Positions 20,395 to 30,230 are shown, counted from the stretch's first letter. The stretch: 64,000 nucleotides of DNA from Candidatus Hermodarchaeota archaeon (GCA_048885865.1 JBHLLF010000005.1:67547-131546), one strand, 5' to 3'. The notes: a model not told the origin generated them from the sequence alone. A program made the numbers and translations.

Positions 20395-20534
20395 TATCAG
20401 AACAGCTCCTTGATTCTTGAGCAGACCGTTCGCTCTTATGAAGGTCTTTGTCCATCCATCGTGGAATGGGAAAGGTAAAAAGAGCACTGGTCCTGTGAGC
20501 GCCTGTCCACGGAACTAAGGAGAATCTCGCAGTA

Positions 20535-20897
20535 ATGAGGAAACGCGGTGGAATGGTCATTGTTTGGCCCGCATACTTGGATTCCAACTTAAGTAGAGCA
20601 CAAGGACGAAGGGTGCCAAAGAACCTTGGCGCACCTGAGGTCACAGTTGAAATCCTCCAAAAGGCTGCAGAATCTGCAGGCTTTGAGTATGATTTGGAGC
20701 CAGACAAGCAATATCCTCGCAATTGGAGTAACGCGAGCGGTTATTTGGTCTTGGAGAATCCTGAAGGACACAAGAAGAAGCGGCTATTGCTAATGTTAGC
20801 CAAGGGTGTTAGACGTATAGTTGCACAGCGTGAATCCTCGAAAAAAGAGGCGGAAACGAAGAAAAGCAAGAAGAAGCGAAAGGGCAAGAAGCGATAG
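20535..20897 (+). CDS. srp19: Signal recognition particle protein SRP19
   Basis: IVWPAYLDS..SRAQGRRVP, KQYPR; Lys-rich tail. Confidence 0.92.
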   Translation: MRKRGGMVIVWPAYLDSNLSRAQGRRVPKNLGAPEVTVEILQKAAESAGFEYDLEPDKQYPRNWSNASGYLVLENPEGHKKKRLLLMLAKGVRRIVAQRESSKKEAETKKSKKKRKGKKR

Positions 20898-20924
20898 TCC
20901 TTATAGGGTCTTGGGAGGGTTCTG

Positions 20925-21167
20925 ATGAAACGACTCGGAAAAGTGTTGCATGTTTCCAAACGGGGGTCTCTCATCCTCAAAACAGACAAGACTCCTGCTA
21001 TGGGTGACAGATCCGTCGTTGTGAATAAGAAAGCCGAGAAGATTGGAACCATTGTTGATGTGTTTGGACCTGTAAAAACACCATATGTGGCCGTTCGACC
21101 CTTGGACAAGAAGAGCGCAGAGAAGCTTGTAGGTCAGGTCTTATACCTCTATAAACGCTCAAAATAA
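20925..21167 (+). CDS. gar1: H/ACA RNP component Gar1
   Basis: LGKVLH, IGTIVDVFGPVKTPYVAV. Confidence 0.92.
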   Translation: MKRLGKVLHVSKRGSLILKTDKTPAMGDRSVVVNKKAEKIGTIVDVFGPVKTPYVAVRPLDKKSAEKLVGQVLYLYKRSK

Positions 21168-21277
21168 TGTACACTTCTGTACATTAATTGTCATTAATGT
21201 GGAGCCTCTTCCGAAATTTAAATATCAATCCGTGTTGAATGTCGAGTGTTGCCATGTGTTAGCCAAAGGTCATCCAA

Positions 21278-21631
21278 ATGAACGATGAAACTGACCCAAT
21301 TCTGGACGCTCTTAGAGCGGTAGGGGAGAGTGGTCTTCTCATCAATGAACTAGCGACTAGCCTTGGTATAAAACCAAAGAAACTGACCGAAAAAGTCGAG
21401 CAACTTGTATCAAAGGGGCTAATCAAAGTGCAGAAACTAGAACAAAAGGAAGAGAAGTATATGCTGAGAGCGGACATCAGCGATGAGGCTGACCATGGTA
21501 GTCTGTCCGATATGAACGGTTGTCCCTGTTTTCATTGTCTGAAGATTAGTAGATGTGGTGTCAGACAGCCTGACTCGCCTGTTAGCTGCAGGGAAATTGA
21601 AGATTGGATGATAAGTACACAGGCGAATTAG
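21278..21631 (+). CDS. RPC34/TFE-beta-like winged-helix protein with C-terminal Cys cluster
   Basis: N-terminal wHTH; CPCFHC...C.....PVSC.EI.DW. Confidence 0.75.
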   Translation: MNDETDPILDALRAVGESGLLINELATSLGIKPKKLTEKVEQLVSKGLIKVQKLEQKEEKYMLRADISDEADHGSLSDMNGCPCFHCLKISRCGVRQPDSPVSCREIEDWMISTQAN

Positions 21632-22248
21632 TCCTTAGTTTCATCGTCTGGCTGTCCCATCGGTCCTATTGCAACTAGATAGATCTCCGCACTAGTATGA
21701 CGTGATGCTGCAGGTTTTACCAGTTTAACAGAACGGTATTTCTTCCTGGTTGCTTTAAGAAATTCTTGGAATCCACTGCCTTGGAAGACCTTAGTGAGTA
21801 CCTTTCCCTTAGAATCCAATAGCTTCAATCCTATGTCCAGAGTGCCCTCAGCCAATGAGAGCTGTCTGAAGACGTCCAAGTCCCAGTTTCCAGAAACCTT
21901 CGGGGAACAGTCGGATATGACCAGATCAACGGTTCCACGGGTTACAGCCTTAATCTGGTCTAATATCTTTAGTTCCAAGATATCTCCTTGAATGAAAGTG
22001 ACTCCTTCAATTGGTGCCATTGGATTGAGGTCAACGGCCACAATTTCCAGACCACGGTCCATCTCCCGAAGAACCTGAGTCCATCCGCCCGGACTACTAC
22101 AGAGTTCAACTACAGTATTAACACCGTCAAGCAGCTTGTGCTTTTGCGCAATCTGTCTGAGCTTGTATGCGCTTCTAGCCCTGTATCCATGAGCCTTGGC
22201 AGACTTGTAATAGTGCTCTTTAGTCCGAGGTTTCTTTGGTCTAGGCAC
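21628..22248 (-). CDS. rlmE: 23S rRNA 2'-O-methyltransferase RlmE/FtsJ
   Basis: YRARSAYKL, SPGGW, SDCSP, KVFQG, KPAASR..SAEIY. Confidence 0.93.
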   Translation of the reverse strand: MPRPKKPRTKEHYYKSAKAHGYRARSAYKLRQIAQKHKLLDGVNTVVELCSSPGGWTQVLREMDRGLEIVAVDLNPMAPIEGVTFIQGDILELKILDQIKAVTRGTVDLVISDCSPKVSGNWDLDVFRQLSLAEGTLDIGLKLLDSKGKVLTKVFQGSGFQEFLKATRKKYRSVKLVKPAASRHTSAEIYLVAIGPMGQPDDETKD

Positions 22249-22250
22249 GT

Positions 22251-23456
22251 CTACTTCCTCCCTGAAAGGGCGGCTACAACCTCAGTCACTTCTCTGACTG
22301 CAGCATTTGTTCGTATCGCTGTTGGTTTGAAATGAGTCCGCTCCACAATATTACCTGCCTCTCGAAGGGTGGAGATGATTTCTGATAGCTTCGGAGGGAC
22401 GAGGTTATGAAGGTCACAGAGCGCGTGGATATCAATAAACGGATGAGTATCCAACACACTCTCATTAATCATCATCCTCAACATCTTTGTGACTCGTTTC
22501 TCAAACACATCTTCCATTTCTGGAACAATGCGTTCCGCAGCGTCTAAGATGCCTGCATCATAAAGGCTGCCAATCCAGAGTGGACCCGCGGTGAACGTCT
22601 TTCCAGAGCAATCATCCTTCTGATGCTCGATTTTGCTGTATTCCTGTCTAGATCTCAAAGTAATGACTTCAGCATGCATACATTCCGGACAATACATGAC
22701 TAATCCCATGTCATCTACCTGGCGATTCGCTTCGTTTCTGTCAGCTTTAATCTGGAGCCAGATCCTGATGTAATGATCAGTACTAAGTGCCGCAAGTGGT
22801 GTCACTGAGTAATCGTTAGCTCCTGCGACATTGAAAGAATGCCCAATCACAAGTCTCACAGCGAGCTCGTGTGAGAATGGAGTCCGAGTCGAGAGACCAC
22901 CATATTTCCTGAGAGCCACTCTGGGATAGACGCCATAGAGTGCTGCCATATCAGTAGCCGTTAGGGCAAGAAGGCCTCCCTTAGGACTCATTGATTGAAT
23001 TGCCGCATTCATGTACGGAGCAGGCGTTCCAAATGGATCGACATCTACATAGTCGAATCTCTTCTCTCTCGATTCAGTCAATAGAAGGACCTTGGCATCT
23101 CCTTGCTTTGCCCTAGCCCTCTCGGAGAGCCCTAGAAGCTGTATGTTCCTATTTATGGTTTCAATGGCATTTGGATTTGCATCAAACATCAATGCATCAA
23201 ATGTCCCTTGACATTCTTTGAGATAGCGGAGCGTTCTAACACCGCATCCTGCAAGCGGTTCGCACATCAGTTCTATCGGATTATTATCCAAGTACGCAGC
23301 GAGAAAGAGAACAGAGAAGTCACGATTGAGGCGCATACGTGGATTCATGAAGACTGGCATGTCAGCAGTCGGCTGTTTCTTATTCTCACTATAATAGTCC
23401 ACATCAGCGGTGACGAAGGTGATTCTACCTTCTTTGTACTCCTTCTCTACTATCAT
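22251..23456 (-). CDS. trm1: tRNA (guanine-26 N2) dimethyltransferase Trm1
   Basis: VFMNPRMRLNRD, DVDPFGTP, TATD, GPLWIG, RTHF. Confidence 0.94.
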   Translation of the reverse strand: MIVEKEYKEGRITFVTADVDYYSENKKQPTADMPVFMNPRMRLNRDFSVLFLAAYLDNNPIELMCEPLAGCGVRTLRYLKECQGTFDALMFDANPNAIETINRNIQLLGLSERARAKQGDAKVLLLTESREKRFDYVDVDPFGTPAPYMNAAIQSMSPKGGLLALTATDMAALYGVYPRVALRKYGGLSTRTPFSHELAVRLVIGHSFNVAGANDYSVTPLAALSTDHYIRIWLQIKADRNEANRQVDDMGLVMYCPECMHAEVITLRSRQEYSKIEHQKDDCSGKTFTAGPLWIGSLYDAGILDAAERIVPEMEDVFEKRVTKMLRMMINESVLDTHPFIDIHALCDLHNLVPPKLSEIISTLREAGNIVERTHFKPTAIRTNAAVREVTEVVAALSGRK

Positions 23457-23582
23457 GACCGCGACGGAGTCGTTTGGTGTGCTTAAGAATGATGAGCATC
23501 ATGCCAATGACCACTTCGCAACCTCTAAGAGGGGGTCCTATTGTGGAAAGATAACTGGCAGTAAGGCTGGTCAGCAATTGTT

Positions 23583-24071
23583 ATGGTGATATCTTTGGCA
23601 ACTAAGATTAAGATTCAGACAAACAAGGGTGACATAGTCGCTGAGTTTTGGTCAGATGACGCTATCAACACAGTCAAGAACTTCGTCACTCTGGCCCAAA
23701 GCGGCTATTATGATGGTCTCACGTTTCATCGTGTTGTGCCTGACTTCGTGATTCAAGGTGGTGACCCAACAGGAACGGGCTCAGGGGGTCCAGGGTATAG
23801 AATCCCCTGCGAAACAAATGGGCATAGGCAGAAGCACAATGATGGAGCTTTTTCCATGGCTCATGCAGGGCGCGACACAGGCGGATCACAGTTCTTTGTA
23901 GTCCTGAATGGCAATAACTGCAAGCATCTCGATGGCAAGCACACAGTGTTTGGTCAGACGATCGAGGGCTTTGATGTTGTCAAACAGATACGTCAAGGTG
24001 ACAAGATGCTGAAGGTTGAAGTCTTGGAGCTTGACCCAGTTATTGAGAATCACCAGCTTCGAAAACTCTAG
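23583..24071 (+). CDS. Cyclophilin-type peptidyl-prolyl isomerase
   Basis: FHRVVPDFVIQGGDP, SMAHAG, GSQFF, HLDGKHTVFG. Confidence 0.95.
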   Translation: MVISLATKIKIQTNKGDIVAEFWSDDAINTVKNFVTLAQSGYYDGLTFHRVVPDFVIQGGDPTGTGSGGPGYRIPCETNGHRQKHNDGAFSMAHAGRDTGGSQFFVVLNGNNCKHLDGKHTVFGQTIEGFDVVKQIRQGDKMLKVEVLELDPVIENHQLRKL

Positions 24072-24148
24072 TCTTTGAATCTATTTGTACTGCGACTAGA
24101 GGAGAGTCTATATACAGGACATTTCACGAAAAACAAGGAGCATACAAA

Positions 24149-26323
24149 ATGTCGGCCCCGCTTTTCTTAGGAACAAGCATTGCATCGGGTGTGCTATCAA
24201 TACTTGTTGCCTTCTTCATCTACTATCAGGTCAAGAAGGAAGACCAAGGCAGCGAAAAAATGCGCGAGGTCAGTGCTTTGGTTGAAAAAGGCGCATACTC
24301 TTTCATCAATGTCCAATACAGAATTCTCACGATATTCACCCTCATTCTTGCGATACTCATCGCAATTCTATTTCGAGACTTTGGCATACAAATTGCTATT
24401 TCCTACATTCTTGGCTCAGGAGCCAGCATGGCTGCAGGATATGTTGGAATAGTAGTTGCCACTAAGGCAAACCGTCGGACAGCTGCAGCCGCCGAGTCTG
24501 GAGGGCTCGGGCCTGCCTTCAAAGTTGCGTTCCGGGCAGGATCCGTAATGGGCCTGATGATTGCTGGAATCGCACTAGTTGGACTGGGCACATTATACCT
24601 GCTCTGGAATACTGTTATTCCTGTGGGGGTCTTTGATGCACTTGGCTTAGAGCCCGCTGTTGGTCTTTGGGAAATCATAACAGGCTTCTCATTTGGAGCT
24701 AGCACAGTGGCTCTGTTCGCGAAAGCTGGTGGTGGCATATACACAAAAACAGCCGACCTATCAGCAGATCTTGTTGGCAAGATAGAACATCATATTCCTG
24801 AAGATGACCCTAGAAATCCTGCTGCTGTTGCTGACGCGGTTGGTGATAATGTTGGAGATGTAGCTGGGACTGGAGCAGATCTGTATGACAGTAATGTAGC
24901 AGCTATTCTAGCAGCCGCAATTCTTGGTGCCGGCATTGACTTGCATATGGATGGTGTCCAGTTATTTGGACTATTACCTCTCATGATTGCTGCACTTGGG
25001 ACCATCGCTTCAGTAATCGGCGTCTTCTTGGTCAGAGCAAAACCAGACCAAGATCCAGGGCCTGCATTAAATCGAGGGACCTATATCACGACGATTCTAT
25101 TTGCCGTTTTTACAGTGTCCATGGTACTGCTTCTACAGCTCGACCTTACAATCGCACTGGCAGCAATTGTCGGTCTTCTGGCTGGTGTGTTCATCGGCTT
25201 TACAAGTGATGTGTTTACTAGCGACCGAGGGCTCGGTGGTTTCACCCCTGTACAGAAAATGGTCGAGTCAGCAGACAAGAGTTCCGCAAATCTGATTCTA
25301 TCAGGCTACGCATATGGGCTGCTGAGTGCAGTTCCATCTGTGGTTGGTATTGGCGCTGCCATGGTGGTTTCATTCCTGCTTGGCTCTGGAGCTACAACCT
25401 TGGGTCCAGTGATGTGGGAGAACGGAATTTACTGCGTAGCGATTGCGGCGGTTGGCCTGCTGTCAACTAATGGAATGATTATGAGTTCAGATGCGTATGG
25501 ACCCATTGTGGATAATGCACGAGGCGTTATTGAACAAGCTCAAGCACCTGAGGAAGCGATTATTGTCTGTGACAAACTGGATGCCAGTGGCAACACCACT
25601 AAAGCAATCACAAAGGGATTTGCCATTGGTGCGTCAGCGGTTTCAGTTCTTGCTCTTTTTGCAGCTTTCCTTGAGTCCACTGAAACACTTCGCATTCCTG
25701 GTGTAGTGGCATTGACCGATGTGAATCTTGCTGCACCTGTGGTGCTAGCTGGAGCACTAATTGGTGCATTGGTTCCCGTGACCTTCTCTGCAATACTGAT
25801 TCTTGGTGTGGAGCGAAACTCTGAGCGGATGATTACAGAGATACGCAGACAGTTCAGAGAGGACCCCGGCATTCTCGAGGGCACGTCCCAACCTGACTAC
25901 GACGCATGCATCTCAATAGCAACCTCGGGTGCAATAAGGGAGCTAATGCCTGGTACGCTCATTGCTATACTAGTCACCATAGCATCGGGTGTCTTTCTTG
26001 GACTAGAAGCACTTGCAGGCTATCTAGGCGGTGCTGTCCTGTCTGGTCTGATAATGGCACTCCTGATGGACAATGCAGGAGGAGCCTGGGACAATACCAA
26101 GAAGATCATAGAGTCACCTGAGTACACAAAATACGAGAAGGGGACTGAAGATTGGCATCGAGTTCATGACACGAGTGTCACGGGCGATATGGTAGGCGAT
26201 CCCTTCAAGGACACGGCAGGGCCATCCATCAATACATTACTTGTCGTGATCACACTGACAGCAACTCTATTCCTCCCGTTGATTGCAGCCGCAAACGCTT
26301 GGTTTGTGTTCATATTAGGATGA
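24149..26323 (+). CDS. hppA: Membrane pyrophosphatase (likely K+-independent H+-PPase)
   Basis: GGGIYTKTAD, EDDPRNP, DNVGD, DAYGPIVDNA, GNTTKA, GDPFKDT. Confidence 0.95.
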   Translation: MSAPLFLGTSIASGVLSILVAFFIYYQVKKEDQGSEKMREVSALVEKGAYSFINVQYRILTIFTLILAILIAILFRDFGIQIAISYILGSGASMAAGYVGIVVATKANRRTAAAAESGGLGPAFKVAFRAGSVMGLMIAGIALVGLGTLYLLWNTVIPVGVFDALGLEPAVGLWEIITGFSFGASTVALFAKAGGGIYTKTADLSADLVGKIEHHIPEDDPRNPAAVADAVGDNVGDVAGTGADLYDSNVAAILAAAILGAGIDLHMDGVQLFGLLPLMIAALGTIASVIGVFLVRAKPDQDPGPALNRGTYITTILFAVFTVSMVLLLQLDLTIALAAIVGLLAGVFIGFTSDVFTSDRGLGGFTPVQKMVESADKSSANLILSGYAYGLLSAVPSVVGIGAAMVVSFLLGSGATTLGPVMWENGIYCVAIAAVGLLSTNGMIMSSDAYGPIVDNARGVIEQAQAPEEAIIVCDKLDASGNTTKAITKGFAIGASAVSVLALFAAFLESTETLRIPGVVALTDVNLAAPVVLAGALIGALVPVTFSAILILGVERNSERMITEIRRQFREDPGILEGTSQPDYDACISIATSGAIRELMPGTLIAILVTIASGVFLGLEALAGYLGGAVLSGLIMALLMDNAGGAWDNTKKIIESPEYTKYEKGTEDWHRVHDTSVTGDMVGDPFKDTAGPSINTLLVVITLTATLFLPLIAAANAWFVFILG

Positions 26324-26338
26324 GGTGAGTCTATCAAG

Positions 26339-27220
26339 TTGCGGTTTGGAGCCGTCGCAATCGAGTTTCTGCCAGCAGTACAGAAAATCATAGCAAACGG
26401 CGTTCCAGACTTCTTCCGCATTAATCTAGTAGACATTGTCAGGGAAGTCGTGGCGATAGAACACATCGAAGTAATCGAGTTCACCATTGAGATGGAGCAC
26501 ATGGTGCCCGGTTCTATCACACCCGAGATCATATCTCGGCTTGTAGACCTGAAGGATGAGCTTGGGCATTCCTATACAATCCATTTGCCTATCTGGTCAA
26601 TCGAACTGGCTTCTTTCAATCCCTTCATCAGGTCGGGCGGTGTCGAGAGCATCTGCCACTCAATCAAGACGGCAGAGCCGCTGGAGCCCGAGGCTTATGT
26701 CCTTCATTCATCCGGTTCACTGGCTGCTGAATTTCTCAGGGATAACGCCTCTGAACCCATGAACCTTCTTGTCTGTGGATACATGACTGAGTTTTCGATG
26801 AAGAGTGTGGAGGAAATCATCAGCAAGACAGAGATAGACCCACGAAAGCTGGCTATCGAGAATGTCGAGTTTCCGTTCGAGTTCACTCGCGACATAGTGG
26901 ATGAACACAATACAGGAATCTGTTTTGACACTGGACATGCACTTACAAAACAGTCAGGGGATGAGTCAGTCCTCGATTTCTATAGGCAGCATAGGGATAG
27001 AATAGTTGAAGTGCATCTCAATGATGGCATCGATATCAAGACTCCAGGGAAATATGAAGACCATCTTGTCATTGGGAAAGGAGAACTACCAGTCAGGGAG
27101 TTTCTCCTTGAGCTGAAGAAAGATGGTTTCAAGGGCCCCCTCATATTCGAGTTGACGACTGAGGAAGTCATCGAGTCACTTCAGACAATCAAAGAAGTCG
27201 TCCCTGAATCTCTTGGCTAG
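26339..27220 (+). CDS. Xylose-isomerase/AP-endonuclease-2-like TIM barrel (CbiR-like phosphodiesterase)
   Basis: TIHLP, IENV, CFDTGH, VHLND, DH metal ligands. Confidence 0.7.
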   Translation: MRFGAVAIEFLPAVQKIIANGVPDFFRINLVDIVREVVAIEHIEVIEFTIEMEHMVPGSITPEIISRLVDLKDELGHSYTIHLPIWSIELASFNPFIRSGGVESICHSIKTAEPLEPEAYVLHSSGSLAAEFLRDNASEPMNLLVCGYMTEFSMKSVEEIISKTEIDPRKLAIENVEFPFEFTRDIVDEHNTGICFDTGHALTKQSGDESVLDFYRQHRDRIVEVHLNDGIDIKTPGKYEDHLVIGKGELPVREFLLELKKDGFKGPLIFELTTEEVIESLQTIKEVVPESLG

Positions 27221-27235
27221 TTTTGGGTTGGCTAG

Positions 27236-27640
27236 CTACTCATCTTTTGAACCTAGGAGCCACCTGATTCGCTCATGAGCCAGTATGTAGTGAATGATGG
27301 TAAGAACTCCAAATATTAGACTAGGATAGAGTAATCCCTCTACAAACATTGCTAGGAATGCAAAACCAAGAACCAGGAATTCAAGCAAGAGACGAACAGC
27401 TCCTGGAACAGGAACCGGAGCACCTCCAGATCGACTTGGATCGTTTGGAACTGCAAAGATGCCCCAGATCGCAGCTGCGGTTATTGGAAGTATCAGCATT
27501 AGCGCATAATTGAGTAGCCCGAAATCCTGGTTCAACCCCCAGTATCCAAAAGCAACAAGGGCCCAAAGCTCTAGAATGAAGCGCAATGCGTCATTGGCAC
27601 CAATACTCTTCTTCTCTCTGATATTACTCATAGCAATCAT
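27236..27640 (-). CDS. YrdB/DUF2568-family membrane protein
   Basis: LRFILEL, WGIFAVP.DPSR.G..PVPVPG.VRLLLE. Confidence 0.75.
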   Translation of the reverse strand: MIAMSNIREKKSIGANDALRFILELWALVAFGYWGLNQDFGLLNYALMLILPITAAAIWGIFAVPNDPSRSGGAPVPVPGAVRLLLEFLVLGFAFLAMFVEGLLYPSLIFGVLTIIHYILAHERIRWLLGSKDE

Positions 27641-27811
27641 CCCAAGACAGCCTGGAGATTAACTATAGTAAATATATTTACGGGTAGCAGAGCTCCCATG
27701 TCGGATGGGCGTCATGAGGGGGCGTGAAACGGGTTCTAAATACTTCCGAGGATTATTGATGGTTCTCGGCCAATACGTTTTTATCCAGACCCATGTGCAG
27801 ACTAAAGCGCG

Positions 27812-27920
27812 GGGCCCGTGGCATAGCCTGGTTATTGCGCCGCTCTGATAAGGCGGATGTCGGGTGTTCAAAAGCCACGGTACATTGCGACCGTGACTGA
27901 GTGTCACCCCGGGCCCACCA
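27812..27920 (+). tRNA. tRNA-Ile(GAT) with 31-nt intron in the T loop (59/60; 27873..27903)
   Basis: Acceptor GGGCCCG/CGGGCCC+ACCA; anticodon arm CCGCT-CTGATAA-GGCGG; removing the intron restores GGGTG-TTCAAAT-CACCC; BHB helix TTCA/TGAG with bulges AA|A and TG|T. Confidence 0.9.
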
Positions 27921-28012
27921 CTTTTTCTTCTTCCTTGATTGAATCTCCATCAAGCGAGTTAGAGCTATCCAAACCACAAATAAGGGATTAGCAACGAAGT
28001 TACAATTGATAG

Positions 28013-29554
28013 GTGGATGGAGGAATCATGGCGCGCTATACTGATTCTGACGACCCAGAAGTCTGGTATTCCAGAGCCAAGAAAGCGCTTTCAGCATACG
28101 ATATGGAGAGCGCAATCTATTGTCTTGAAAGAGGAATCGCACTAAAGGACATAGGTCCGGATATGCTGACTAAGATGGCTCATATGTTTATACCAACAGG
28201 AAGGGTAGCACAGGCTTTCAATACGATGAGGAAGGTAGAAGCACCTATTGATGAGATATTCAAGAAATGGTGTGATTTGGCGTATGATTTTGCACATGCT
28301 GGGCATGGAAAACTCGCTTTGAAGGCAATGAATGAAGCAGCTAAAAACCAACATGATTGCGCTAATGAATGGTATCACCTGTCGAGTATTCTAGCTGAGT
28401 CAGATAATCCTCATCCAGCTATTCATGCATTGAAGAATGCAATTTCCATTGAGAGTAATCATGCCGACGCATGGTATGCACTTGCCAAGCTACATGATCG
28501 AGTCCATAATAGAAGAGCATCAAAGAAGGCTCTTGAAACTGCTCTATCTCTAAATCCAGAACTTGCTGATGCTGTCCAAGATAAGAGCCAAAGCCAACCA
28601 GATCTTCAAGGTAGCCAGCCTAGGATTAGATCTCATGGTGTAGTTATTGAGATAGATATGAGGGAAACGCCGAATACTGGCGAAGTCCAGATTATGGTTC
28701 AACTGGATAGTGGCAAGGTGTTGACTCTAGTACATACCGAACAATCCATCGGAGATGTACCAAAGGAAGACAGCAAGGTCACAGTCTGGTATCTTGATGG
28801 TGTAATAACTGAGATTATTGAACACAAATCCTTCAAGGAGATGAAGGAAACCGGCTGGTCAGAGCCTATCTGGCTAAAGCCAATGGGAAAACTAGAGCCT
28901 GTTGATGTGTGTATTGGATGCATGGAAACCACTCCCTATCTTCTCAAACACTATGAATATACATGGAAAGCAGGCCGAACTGTGGCTGACTACTTGAAGA
29001 GATTCGTTGGGGGGATTCTTGAAACGGGATCAATGGTTAGAACTGAAGACAGGTCATATACGATAGTGAAAATGGTACCTAGTCTTTGTCAAGAATGTAT
29101 TACCAAATCGCGCAGGAAGTCCAAGATAAGAATGCTAATCTCATCAGTGTTGTTTCTTTCCTTACTAACCATTTTCATATTTCGAACGTTACTGCTCGGA
29201 ACTGTCTTCCTCTGGCCAGCTATTTCCGTGGAAATCATCCTTCTTGCTCATCTAGCATGGTTTCTTGGATTGGGTGTGCCATTTGCATTTCTCTATAGGT
29301 ATGCAATTGAGTATATCCGGCCATTTACGAGCTATATGGGATTCGAGGGCCCGAAAGGACGTAGACCTATAATGTATATGAAGAATGGAATCTATGCAGC
29401 CTTACTCCAAGAAGCCAAACCTGACTGGCACATATTCTACGATTCAAATTACAAGGGACTGCGAGAATATGGAGATGGATTGGCAGCAGGCTATATCCTC
29501 TTTGGACTAGTCCTACCCGCTATCCTTCTTGGAATTCTCCTATTTCTCCTATGA
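28013..29554 (+). CDS. TPR-repeat protein with CxxC pair and C-terminal TM helices
   Basis: TPR-like units (ADAWYALAKL, EWYHLSSIL); CIGC and CQEC; three hydrophobic segments. Confidence 0.75.
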   Translation: MDGGIMARYTDSDDPEVWYSRAKKALSAYDMESAIYCLERGIALKDIGPDMLTKMAHMFIPTGRVAQAFNTMRKVEAPIDEIFKKWCDLAYDFAHAGHGKLALKAMNEAAKNQHDCANEWYHLSSILAESDNPHPAIHALKNAISIESNHADAWYALAKLHDRVHNRRASKKALETALSLNPELADAVQDKSQSQPDLQGSQPRIRSHGVVIEIDMRETPNTGEVQIMVQLDSGKVLTLVHTEQSIGDVPKEDSKVTVWYLDGVITEIIEHKSFKEMKETGWSEPIWLKPMGKLEPVDVCIGCMETTPYLLKHYEYTWKAGRTVADYLKRFVGGILETGSMVRTEDRSYTIVKMVPSLCQECITKSRRKSKIRMLISSVLFLSLLTIFIFRTLLLGTVFLWPAISVEIILLAHLAWFLGLGVPFAFLYRYAIEYIRPFTSYMGFEGPKGRRPIMYMKNGIYAALLQEAKPDWHIFYDSNYKGLREYGDGLAAGYILFGLVLPAILLGILLFLL

Positions 29555-29626
29555 TGAGGCGGATGTCGGGTGTTCAAAAGCTACGGTACATCGCGACCGT
29601 GGCGGGAGATTACCCCGGGCCCACCA
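29553..29626 (+). repeat. Diverged direct repeat of the 3' part of tRNA-Ile (anticodon to CCA, intron included); att-like
   Basis: 64/74 identity to 27847..27920 by manual alignment. Confidence 0.92.
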
Positions 29627-29684
29627 TAGTTTTCCGGAATCAATGCGCTAAATCTTATTACCAGCTTGGGTTCGGGCTTGTTCC

Positions 29685-30230
29685 ATGAAAGCGCTAGTCG
29701 TTTACTTCAGTCAGACTGGGAACACCCAGATGATTGCGGAAGCTATTCATGAAACCATTGCTACTCGAAGAGAAGCCGATATCAGTACAGTTCGCAAAGT
29801 GAAACCTGATACACTTAACGACTACGACCTATTGGTTGTGGGTGCTCCATGTCATGATAGTGATTTAGCGCTCCCAGTAAAGGGATTCCTTGAGAAATTA
29901 CCTGAATCTCCTTCTTTCAAGCTGGCGGGATTCTTTACCCACGCAACCTACACGTCAGATGAGAATGGAAAAAGAGGCTTCTATAACGAATGGGCTGGAA
30001 GGTGCATTCCATCTTTTGAAAACGCATGCAAAAGCAAAGACATTGAATTCTTGGGATGTTTCAGCTGTCAGGGAAAGGCTAGCCCACCCATTGAGGCCTT
30101 CATCAGACAAGAGATAATCCATGACGATGATGAATGGAACAAATACCTGCCTGAGCTTCGAACCCATCCGAATTCGAGCGATATTGAGAATGCCAAGAAG
30201 TTCGCACAACGGATACTAAACAAACTATGA
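29685..30230 (+). CDS. Flavodoxin-family protein
   Basis: YFSQTGNT..IAEAI, VVGAP, FSCQG. Confidence 0.88.
   Translation: MKALVVYFSQTGNTQMIAEAIHETIATRREADISTVRKVKPDTLNDYDLLVVGAPCHDSDLALPVKGFLEKLPESPSFKLAGFFTHATYTSDENGKRGFYNEWAGRCIPSFENACKSKDIEFLGCFSCQGKASPPIEAFIRQEIIHDDDEWNKYLPELRTHPNSSDIENAKKFAQRILNKL

Noticed and set aside
27714-27750. Eukaryote-like SECIS pattern ATGA-N9-AAA-...-GA
   Set aside because: The helix is short and mismatched, and no plus-strand gene with a plausible in-frame Sec UGA lies upstream. Kept only as a generic structured-RNA candidate.
29553-29626. 3' half of a split (trans-spliced) tRNA
   Set aside because: An intact cis copy exists 1.7 kb upstream. The fragment has no promoter or complementary leader, overlaps a CDS stop, and has a damaged BHB helix and T stem.
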